Positions 36,341 through 44,900 of a stretch of DNA of 64,000 bases are shown here, piece by piece. How positions within the stretch are numbered: position 1 is the stretch's first letter; each line of letters starts with the position of its first letter. A program made the position numbers and the translations under genes. A model generated the notes under the pieces. That model was not told the DNA's origin. It made no database searches and saw only the letters and a list, made by a program, of their open reading frames with translations. Source of the stretch: an uncultured Actinomycetota bacterium (GTDB lineage: Bacteria > Actinomycetota > Actinomycetes > Mycobacteriales > CADCTP01); assembly GCA_963766325.1 (NCBI GenBank), contig CAVXZF010000001.1, forward strand, positions 113,447 through 177,446. The letters are read 5' to 3'.

Positions 36341-37165
36341 ATGACGGTGTCGCACGATCTGTCCCGAGGGCCGCTGGTGACCGCGGAGAGGCTCGCCGCC
36401 GACCTGACCGCGCTCGGGCTGCCAGCCGGCGCGACCGTGCTCGTGCACAGCTCGCTGTCCAGCCTGGGCTGGGTCTGCGGCGGCGGGCCGGCCCTGCTGG
36501 CGGCGCTGGAGCGCGCGCTCGGCCCGGACGGGACCGTGATCACGCCGACCTTCACCCCCGACCTGTCCGACCCGGCCGGCTGGCGGCGGCCGCCGGTGCC
36601 GGAGTCGTGGTGGGCCGAGATCCGCCGGTCGATGCCGCCGTACGACCCGGCGCGGACCCCGAGCCGCAACATGGGCACGCTGGCCGAGCTGGTCCGCACC
36701 CAGCCGGGCGCGGTGCGCAGCCCGCACCCGCAGACCTCGTTCGCCGGGCTCGGCCCGCAGGCCGGCCCGCTGCTGCGGCACCACCCGCCGGCGCCCCGGC
36801 TGGGTCCGGCCTCGCCGCTGGACGCGATGTGCCGGGCCGGCGCGCTGGTGCTCTTCCTCGGCGTCGGCTGGCGCCGCAACACCAGCTTCCACCTGGCGGA
36901 ATACCGCGCCGCGTACCCGGGCCGGCGGGAGGCCGAGCGGCTCGTCCCGGTCGACGACGGCACCGGCCGGGTGCGCTGGCAGCCGTGCCGGGACCTCGTC
37001 TTCTTCGAGGACGACTTCGAGCCGATGGGCGCCGCCTGCCTGCCCCGGGTGGCCGGCGCCCGCACCGGCCGGGTCGGCGCCGCCGCCGCGGTCCTGCTCC
37101 CGCAGGAGGAGCTGGTCGCCGCGTCCGCCGAGTGGATGCTGGCCCACCGCCGGCTCGCCGCCTGA
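36341..37165 (+). CDS. AAC(3)-family N-acetyltransferase (FrbF-like)
   Basis: VLVHSSLSSLGWVCGG..., TVITPTFT and NTSFHLAEY, typical of aminoglycoside 3-N-acetyltransferase-fold enzymes. ATG at 36341 follows GGGGGGAA. Confidence 0.8.
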   Translation: MTVSHDLSRGPLVTAERLAADLTALGLPAGATVLVHSSLSSLGWVCGGGPALLAALERALGPDGTVITPTFTPDLSDPAGWRRPPVPESWWAEIRRSMPPYDPARTPSRNMGTLAELVRTQPGAVRSPHPQTSFAGLGPQAGPLLRHHPPAPRLGPASPLDAMCRAGALVLFLGVGWRRNTSFHLAEYRAAYPGRREAERLVPVDDGTGRVRWQPCRDLVFFEDDFEPMGAACLPRVAGARTGRVGAAAAVLLPQEELVAASAEWMLAHRRLAA

Positions 37166-38451
37166 TGACCGGCGGGACGCCCGGGCCGGCGCTGGCGGTG
37201 TGCGGCCTCGGGCCGGCCGGCAGCGGGCTGCTCGTCGCCGCCGCCCGCGAGGGCCGGCTGGACCAGCTGCTCGACGGCGGCGTCGTCGGGCTCGACCCGC
37301 GCGGGCCGACCGACCTGGCCGGCGGGCTGGGCCGCTACCGGATCGCCGCCAACAGCCTGGGCAAGGTCTTCCTGGAGTGCCTGGACTCACCGGCGGGGGA
37401 GACGCTGCTGGCCGGGCTGGCCGGCAGCCCGGAGGCGGCCGCGCTGCGCGCGCACGCCGAGGACTACCCGCCGCTGCCGGTGATCGGCCCGTTCGTGGCC
37501 CGGGTGGCCGAGCGGGTGGCCGGCGCGCTGGCCGCGCACCCGGCCTGCCGGCTGCTGCCCGGCGTGGCGGTGACCGCGTTGAACGTCGACACTGTCGGTT
37601 CGGCCGGCATCACCGTGCTCGACTCGGCCCGCGGCCGGCACCGGGTGCGGGCGGCGGTGCTGACCCTCGGCGGCGCCGAGCGGACCGACACCGCCGACGG
37701 GCTGCTGCGCTCGGCCGCCGCGGCCGGGCTGGTCGGCCGGGTGCTGCCCGGCCACGCGGTGATCAGCGACCCCGCCGCGGTGGCCGGCGAGCCGGCGGTG
37801 ACCGTGCTCGGCGGCTCGCACAGCGGCTGGGCGGTGGCGGCCCGGCTGGTCTCCACCGGCGGCGGCCTGGTGACGCTGGTGCAGCGCCGGCCGCCGCCGA
37901 TCTTCTACCCGTCGGCGGCCGAGGCGGCCGCGGACGGCTACGGCTTCCACCCGGTGAGCGACGTGTGCCCGCTCAGCGGGCGGGTGCACCGCTTCGGCGG
38001 GCTGCGCGGGCCGGCCCGGGACCTGGCGCTGCGAGCCGCCCGCGGCGGCGCGGCCCGGTTCCGGCTGGTCACCGACGCCGGCCCGTGGACGCCGGCCCGG
38101 CTCGCCGCGCTCGGCGTGCTGCCGGCGCCGGCGGTGGTGGCCTGCTTCGGCTACGGCCCGCGGCTGCCGGAGCTGAGGAGGGACGGCCGGCCGCTGCGGC
38201 TGCGCACCGCCGGCGGCGCGCTGGACACCGGCACCGACGGGGTGGTCCGCGACGAGGCCGGGGCGGTGGTGCCGGGGCTGTTCGCGTACGGCCTCGGCGC
38301 CGGCCTGCGGCCGAGCCGGGAGGTCGGCGGCGAGCCGGCGTACCAGGGCCGGCTGGACGGGGTGTGGATCTACCAGCACGACGCCGGCGGCCGGGTGCTG
38401 CGGGTGCTGCTCGACCACCTCGCCACCGTCGAGCCGGTCCGGGGGAGCTGA
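37165..38451 (+). CDS. FAD-dependent N-hydroxylase-like oxidoreductase (FrbG-like)
   Basis: N-terminal dinucleotide-binding motif AVCGLGPAGSGLLVAAA and a second GxGxxG-like VLGGSHSGWAVA. TGATG junction with the acetyltransferase gene. Confidence 0.6.
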   Translation: MTGGTPGPALAVCGLGPAGSGLLVAAAREGRLDQLLDGGVVGLDPRGPTDLAGGLGRYRIAANSLGKVFLECLDSPAGETLLAGLAGSPEAAALRAHAEDYPPLPVIGPFVARVAERVAGALAAHPACRLLPGVAVTALNVDTVGSAGITVLDSARGRHRVRAAVLTLGGAERTDTADGLLRSAAAAGLVGRVLPGHAVISDPAAVAGEPAVTVLGGSHSGWAVAARLVSTGGGLVTLVQRRPPPIFYPSAAEAAADGYGFHPVSDVCPLSGRVHRFGGLRGPARDLALRAARGGAARFRLVTDAGPWTPARLAALGVLPAPAVVACFGYGPRLPELRRDGRPLRLRTAGGALDTGTDGVVRDEAGAVVPGLFAYGLGAGLRPSREVGGEPAYQGRLDGVWIYQHDAGGRVLRVLLDHLATVEPVRGS

Positions 38452-38454
38452 GAG

Positions 38455-40260
38455 ATGGGCGGACGCATCCCTGGCCGGGCCGTGGTGCTCGCCGCGGGGC
38501 TGGGCCGGCGACTGGGGCGGGCGTCCCGGGACGTGCCCAAGCCGCTGACCGAGGTCGGCGGCGAGCCGATCCTGGCCCGGACCATCCGCGCCCTGGCCGG
38601 CGCCGGCGTGCGCGAGGTGGTGCTGGTCACCGGCCACCTCGCCGACGTGGTGCGGGAGCGGGTCGGCGACTCGTACGCCGGGGTGGAGGTCCGCTACGCG
38701 CACAACCCGCGCTACGCGGAGACCAACAACCTCTACTCGCTGTGGTGCGCCCGGCAGTGGCTGGACCGGGACGTGCTGCTGGCCGAGGGCGACGTCGCCT
38801 TCGGGCCGGAGCTGCTCGGCACGGTGCCGGCCGGCTGCCGGGACAACGTCGTCTTCGCCGGCGCCCACGCCCGCGACCTGCGCGGCACGGTGGTGCGGCG
38901 GGACCCGGCCGGGCGGGTGAGCGCGTACCTGACCGACCGGGACCAGCCCGAGCACGTCGGCACCGCCGGCACGCTGAAGACGGCCAACGTCTACCTGCTG
39001 CGCGGCGGCTACCTGCGGGACGCGTTCGTGCCGGCGCTGGACGCCGAGGTGGCGGCCGGGCGGGTGCACGGCTACTACGACTACGCGCTGGCCGCGTCCT
39101 TCGGCGCCGCCCGCTGGGTGGTCGCCGACGTGTCCGCGGTGCCCTGGTACGAGGTGGACGACCCGGGCGACCGGGTCCAGGCCGAGTACGTCTTCGGCAC
39201 CCCGGCCGAGCGCCGGGCGCTGCTGGGCCGGCTGCACGGCTCCCACTGGCGCTTCGGCGTCCGGGACCACGAGCTGCTCTGCAACGTGCACTTCCCCCCG
39301 GAGCGGATGCTGCGGGCGATGGCCGGCGCGCTCGGCCCGCTGGTCCGGCACTACCCGGTCGGGTCGGGGCTGCTGGCCGAGCTGGTCGCCTCGGTGGCGG
39401 ACCGGTCGCCGGCCGAGGTGGCGGTGGCTAACGGCAGCGCCGAGCTGATCAAGCTGCTGCCGCAGCTGCCGGGTCGGGTCGCGGTGCCGGTGCCGGGCTT
39501 CAACGAGTACGAGAACGTGCTGCGGCCCGGGCAGCTGGTGCCCTTCCCGCTGGACCCGCCGGACTTCGGGCTGGACGTGGACGCGTACGCGCGGCTGGTC
39601 AAGGAGCACGACTGCCGGGTCGCCGTGGTGGTCTCGCCGAACAACCCGACCAGCGTCGCGGTGCCGGCGGCCGAGCTGCGCCGGCTGTGCGAGCTGGTCG
39701 CGCCGGCGGTTGTGCTGCTGGACGAGTCGTTCGTCGACTTCGCCGCCCCGCCGGCCGGCTCGCTGCTGCCCGACCTGGACGACCACCCCAACCTGGTGGT
39801 GCTCAAGAGCGTGAGCAAGGTGTACGGCGTCGGCGGGCTGCGGCTGGGCTTCAGCGCGACCGCGGACCCGCGGGCGGCCGCCTGGATCGCGGCCCGGCTG
39901 CCGATCTGGAACGTCAACGGGGTGGCCGAGGAGTTCCTCCGGCTGCTGCCGCACTTCCGGTCCGACTTCGAGGCCAGCTGCGCCCAGGTGCGGGCGGAGA
40001 GCCGGGAGCTGGCGCGGTGCCTGGCCGAGCTGCCCGGGGTGCACGTGGTGCCGCCGGACGCGAACTTCGTCTTCCTCCGGCTGCCGGCCGGTCAGGTGGC
40101 CGCCGAGGTCGCGGACGCGCTCTTCGCCGCCGCCGGCATCCTCACCAAGGACTGCGGCGGCAAGACGATGCCGGGCGGGGAGCGCTGGCTGCGGGTCGCC
40201 AGCCGCACCCGGGACGAGAACGCCGCGGTCGTCGATGGCCTCCGCGCGGTCCTCGGCTAG
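38455..40260 (+). CDS. Bifunctional nucleotidyltransferase / PLP-dependent decarboxylase (FrbH-like)
   Basis: N-terminal AVVLAAGLGRRLG...PKPL (LicC/NTP_transf_3-like). C-terminal class I/II aminotransferase/CobD-like domain with SPNNPTS and the PLP-Lys context LKSVSKVYGVGGLRLGF. Confidence 0.85.
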   Translation: MGGRIPGRAVVLAAGLGRRLGRASRDVPKPLTEVGGEPILARTIRALAGAGVREVVLVTGHLADVVRERVGDSYAGVEVRYAHNPRYAETNNLYSLWCARQWLDRDVLLAEGDVAFGPELLGTVPAGCRDNVVFAGAHARDLRGTVVRRDPAGRVSAYLTDRDQPEHVGTAGTLKTANVYLLRGGYLRDAFVPALDAEVAAGRVHGYYDYALAASFGAARWVVADVSAVPWYEVDDPGDRVQAEYVFGTPAERRALLGRLHGSHWRFGVRDHELLCNVHFPPERMLRAMAGALGPLVRHYPVGSGLLAELVASVADRSPAEVAVANGSAELIKLLPQLPGRVAVPVPGFNEYENVLRPGQLVPFPLDPPDFGLDVDAYARLVKEHDCRVAVVVSPNNPTSVAVPAAELRRLCELVAPAVVLLDESFVDFAAPPAGSLLPDLDDHPNLVVLKSVSKVYGVGGLRLGFSATADPRAAAWIAARLPIWNVNGVAEEFLRLLPHFRSDFEASCAQVRAESRELARCLAELPGVHVVPPDANFVFLRLPAGQVAAEVADALFAAAGILTKDCGGKTMPGGERWLRVASRTRDENAAVVDGLRAVLG

Positions 40261-41117
40261 GCCTCCAGGGCCTGCCAGGCGGCCAGCTGCTGCAGGGCGA
40301 AGATGTCGGCGACCGAGGCGATCCGGCCCTCCAGCGGGGTCGACTCGCCCCGCTCCAGCAGCGTGCGGAAGGTGTCCCGGAGCGAGGAGACCGTCGCCCG
40401 CAGCCCCTGGTTGGCGTAGATGACCACGGCCGCGCCGGCCTTGACCACGTCGTCGAACTGCCAGTCCGGGTACGTCGTGGGGACCAGCACCACCGGGCAG
40501 CGGCCGTCCCAGCGGTCCAGGAACGCGGTGACCTCGTCCCGGGTCGGGGCCTTGGAGTGCACCAGCACGGCGTCGCAGCCGGCGTCCGCGTACGCCTGGC
40601 AGCGCCGCAGCGCCTCGTCGACGCCGAGCCCGCTGATCAGCGCCTCGGTGCGGGCGATCAGGAAGAAGTCGTCGGTCCGCTGGGCCGCCTTGGCGACCTC
40701 GAGCTTGCGGCTGAACTCCGGGGTCGGCAGCAGGGTCTGCTCGCCGCCGGCGAAGCTGTTCATCTTCGGGTAGAGCTTGTCCTCGACGCAGACCGCGGTG
40801 ATGCCGGCGCCCTCGTACTCATGGACCATGTGCGCGATGTTGAGATTGTTGCCATAGCCGGAGTCGCAGTCGGCGACCACCGGGATGCGCAGCGCCTTTT
40901 GGATGTTGGTCGCGGCCTCGAGGTATTCGGTCATCGTCAGCACGCTCGCGTCCGGCAGGCAGCGGGCGGCCGAGATCTCGAAGCTTGACGACCAGACCGC
41001 CTGGAAGCCGGCCTCCTGGGCGAGCACCCCGCCGATCGCCTCGTGCGCCCCGGCGACCCGGATCGAGCCGTGGTCCCTGAGGACGGCACGGAATGAGGGA
41101 TATCGGGGTCTCAGCAC
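40257..41117 (-). CDS. pepM: Phosphoenolpyruvate phosphomutase
   Basis: ICL/PEPM fold with the PepM-diagnostic EDKxxxxxNS motif (VEDKLYPKMNSF) and DCDSGYGN. GTG at 41117 follows GAGGAG. Confidence 0.9.
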   Translation of the reverse strand: MLRPRYPSFRAVLRDHGSIRVAGAHEAIGGVLAQEAGFQAVWSSSFEISAARCLPDASVLTMTEYLEAATNIQKALRIPVVADCDSGYGNNLNIAHMVHEYEGAGITAVCVEDKLYPKMNSFAGGEQTLLPTPEFSRKLEVAKAAQRTDDFFLIARTEALISGLGVDEALRRCQAYADAGCDAVLVHSKAPTRDEVTAFLDRWDGRCPVVLVPTTYPDWQFDDVVKAGAAVVIYANQGLRATVSSLRDTFRTLLERGESTPLEGRIASVADIFALQQLAAWQALEA

Positions 41118-41199
41118 GACTATCTGCTCCTCAACGGACTAAGGTCGCCAAACGTACTGAACGCCTAGAGCGTAGTGTCTGGTTACGGACATCACCAAA

Positions 41200-41997
41200 C
41201 TATCCGACTTCGTCCGCACGCAGGATGACCAGCCGGTACGGCGCCGGCACGGTGAACGCGTCCCCGTCGGGCCGGCCGGCCCGGGCGAAGGCGTCGGTCA
41301 GCGCCCGCTCGGCCGCCGGCCAGCGGCCGGCCGCCTCCAGGTGGGCGCGGACCTCGAGGATCGGCCCGGACCTCGCGGCGAAGAAGCGCGCCGCCGCGGG
41401 CGCGTCGGGGAAGCGCAGCGGCAGCGTGTGGTCGGTGACCGAGACCAGCTCGGCGCCGGTGCCGGTGAAGAAGCCGCGCAGCCGGTCCTCCTCGGCCCAG
41501 TGCGCCGGCACCGCCGGCGACCGGTCCGGCACCGGCTCGTCGAGCAGGGCGGTGAGCACGGCGCGGAAGCAGCCGGGCGCCGCGCCCGGGGTGAAGGCGG
41601 TCAGCCCGATCCGGCCGCCGGGCGCGCAGACCCGGACCAGCTCGCGGGCGGCCGCGGTGGGGTCGTCGGCGTAGCCGACGCCGAAGCAGGACAGCACGCG
41701 CTCGGCGGTCCGGTCGCCGAGCGGCAGCCGCTGGCAGTCGCCCACCGCCATGCCGGCTGCCGGCAGGCGGGAGCGGGCCGCCGTCAGCAGCGGGGGACAG
41801 GCGTCGAGGAGGGTGACGGCGGCCGCGCCGGCGGCCAGGGCGGCCGCGGCGACGTTGCCGGTGCCGGCGGCGACGTCGAGCACGGACCGGCCGGTGACGC
41901 CGACCGCGCGGACCAGCTCGGCGGCGGCCGGCTCGAAGAGCGCCGCGACGGCCGGGTAGTCGCCGCGGGCCCAGGTCGCGGCCGGGTCGGTCGGCAC
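41200..41997 (-). CDS. Class I SAM-dependent methyltransferase
   Basis: Motif I VLDVAAGTGNVA, followed by an acidic-residue loop LLDACP and the downstream CQRLPLGDRTAERVLSCFGV. The start abuts the NRPS stop. Confidence 0.75.
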   Translation of the reverse strand: MPTDPAATWARGDYPAVAALFEPAAAELVRAVGVTGRSVLDVAAGTGNVAAAALAAGAAAVTLLDACPPLLTAARSRLPAAGMAVGDCQRLPLGDRTAERVLSCFGVGYADDPTAAARELVRVCAPGGRIGLTAFTPGAAPGCFRAVLTALLDEPVPDRSPAVPAHWAEEDRLRGFFTGTGAELVSVTDHTLPLRFPDAPAAARFFAARSGPILEVRAHLEAAGRWPAAERALTDAFARAGRPDGDAFTVPAPYRLVILRADEVG

Positions 41998-44900
41998 TCA
42001 GCCGGCCCCGCAGCCGGCCCCGTAGCCGGCGAGGTGGGCGGCGAGGCCGGCCACCGCGGGCCGGGCGACGATGCCGTCGTGGTCGGTGTCCAGGTAGACC
42101 GCCGGCCGGCCGAGCGCCTCGTGCAGCCGGACCAGGCCCCGGCGCGCGGTGGCGGCGCGGGCAGCGAAGAGGTCCACCGGGACGTCCGGCACGACCGGCC
42201 GGTGTTCGCGCAGGGCCCGGTGGTTCGCCTGGTAGACGGCGAACAGCCGCTGCTCGCCGGCCGGCTCCGCGGCGAGGTCGGCACGGAACTCGCGCTCCAC
42301 GTCCGCGGGGTCGGCCGGCGGCCCGGCCGGGTCGGCGGCGGCCCAGCCGTCGAGGACGACCACGCGGCGGACCACGCCCGGCCCGAGCCGGCGCGCGATC
42401 TCCAGCGCGATCACCCCGCCCATCGACCAGCCGGCCAGCACGACGTCCCCGCCGGGCACCGCGGCGGCCAGCTGCTGGCCGTACCGGTCGGCGAGCTCGG
42501 CCACCGACCCCGCGACCGGCCCGCCGTCCAGCCCGGCGTGCTGCGCCCCGAGCACGACCGGCCCGGGCGGCAGCGCCTCGACCAGCTCGCGGTAGCAGAG
42601 CACGCCCCCGCCGATCGGGTGCACCAGCACGACCGCGCCGGCCCCGGACCCCGCCCGCAGCGGCACCAGCCCGTGCCCGGCCGGCGCCGTCCCCTCATCG
42701 AGCAGCGCCGCCTGCGCCGCCGGCGTCGGGTGCTCGAAGAGGTGCCGCAGGCTCAGCGCGCCGCCGAGCCGGTCCCGGATGCGGTTCATCAGCTGGACCG
42801 CGGCCCGGGAGTTGCCGCCGGCGGCGAAGAAGTCGGCGGTGGCCGAGACCTCGTCCCGGCCGAGCACCTCGGCCCACAGCGCCACCACGGCCCGCTCGGT
42901 GGCCGTACGCGGTGCCACGACCTCCTCGACCGCCGGCCCGGCGTCCCGGGCGGCGGCGACCAGCCGGACCCGGTCCACCTTGCCGTTGCCGGTCAGCGGC
43001 AGCTCGTCCAGCACGGACAGCTCGCGGGGCACCATGTACGCCGGCAGCCACCCCGCCAGCGCCGCCCGCACCGCCGCCAGGTCCGGCTCGCCGGCGGCGG
43101 GGACGACGAAGGCGGCGAGGCGGCGGTCGTGGCCGGGCTCGCCGACCACGACGGCGGCCGCGGCCCGCACGCCGGGGCAGCGCAGCAGCGTCGACTCCAC
43201 CTCGCCGAGCTCGATCCGGTAGCCGTCGATCTTGACCTGGTCGTCGGCCCGGCCGAGGAACTCCAGGCAGCCGTCCGGCCGGTACCGGGCCAGGTCGCCG
43301 GTGCGGTAGAGCCGCTCGCTGCCGTCCGGCCGGACGAGGAAGCTCGCCGCGGTCCGCTCCGGGTCCCGGTGGTAGCCGCGGGCCAGCCCGGCCCCGGCGA
43401 TGTGCAGGTCGCCCGGCACCCAGGTCGGCACGTCGGCCAGCCGGCGGTCCAGCACGTGCATCCGCTGGTTGGTGAGCGGGTGCCCGTACGGGACGCTCGG
43501 CCAGCCGGGGTCGGGGTCGCCGACCGGGTACGAGTTGGACCAGATCGCCGCCTCGGTGGCGCCCCCCAGCGCGACCAGCCGGGCGTCCGGGGCGGCGGCA
43601 CGCAGCCGGGCCGGCAGCGACACCGGCACCCAGTCGCCGCTGAGCAGCACCAGCCGCAGCCCGCCGAGCGCGCCGGCGGCCTCCGGCCCGAGGTGGTCCA
43701 GGAGCAGCTCGAGGATCGCCGGCACCGAGTTCCACACCGTCACCCCGTGCTCGCCGACCAGCCGCGCCCAGGCCGCCGGGTCGGGCGGGCCGGGCGCGAC
43801 GCCGACCACCGCGCCGCCGGCGCCGAGCAGCCCGAAGAGGTCGAAGACCGACAGGTCGAAGCTCAGCGCGGACAGCCCGAGCGTCCGGTCCGCCCCGGTG
43901 ACGGCGAACCGCTCGGTGATGTCCCGGACCGTGTTCAGCGCGGCCCGGTGCGACACCGCCACGCCCTTGGGCCGGCCGGTCGACCCCGAGGTGTAGATGA
44001 CGTACGCGAGGTCGCCCGGGTCGCCGGGGCCCGGCCGGACCGGCCGCGCGCCCGCCCCGCTCCCGACCTCGACGCCCCCGACCTCGACCACCGGCACCGC
44101 CGGGCCGCCGGCGACCGGCTCGCCGACCAGCGCGCGGGCGCCGCTCTGGTCGAGCAGCCAGGCCACCCGCTCGGCCGGCCAGCCGGGGTCCACCGGCAGG
44201 TACGCGCCGCCGGCCTGCAGCACGCCGAGCACCGCCGCCACCTGCTGCCAGCGCCGGCCCGCCCGGACCGCGACCAGGTCCCCGGCCGCGATCCCGGCCG
44301 CCCCCAGCCGGCCGGCGAGGTCAGCGGCGTGGCCGTGCAGCTCGCCGTACGTCAGCGCCACGTCCCCGTCGAGGACCGCGACCCGCTCCGGCGACCGCGC
44401 GGCCACGGACAGGAAGCCGTCCTGCAGGCGCCCGTCCGGCAGCGGCCCGGCCGTGTGGTTGGCCCGCCACCGGGCCAGCAGCTGGCCGGCCGGCAGCGGC
44501 ACGGTCGCCGGGTCGAGCCGGTCCCAGTCCGCGCCGGGCGCCAGCAGCCGGTCCAGCAGCCCGCGGTGGAAGGCGAACGCCTCGTCGAGCAGCCCGTCCG
44601 GGAACGCGTCGTCCACCGCGTCCCAGTTGAGCACCAGCTCGTCGCCGTCGCCGTACGCCTGGTGGTCGAGCAGGACCTGCGGGGTGGCGATGCCGGAGTC
44701 CACCAGCCGCCAGCCCGGCGCGGTCAGCTCGGGCGGCGCTGGGGACTCCGTCGGTCCGGTCAGACCGCGGCCGGGGGCGAAGACGTACGGGACGAAGCTG
44801 CTCTCCGCCGAGCGGTGGGCGGTGCTGAACCGGCGCAGCACCTCCATCCCGGACACGTCGTGGTGAGCGACGGCGGCGTAGAGCTGCTCCTGGAGCGCCC

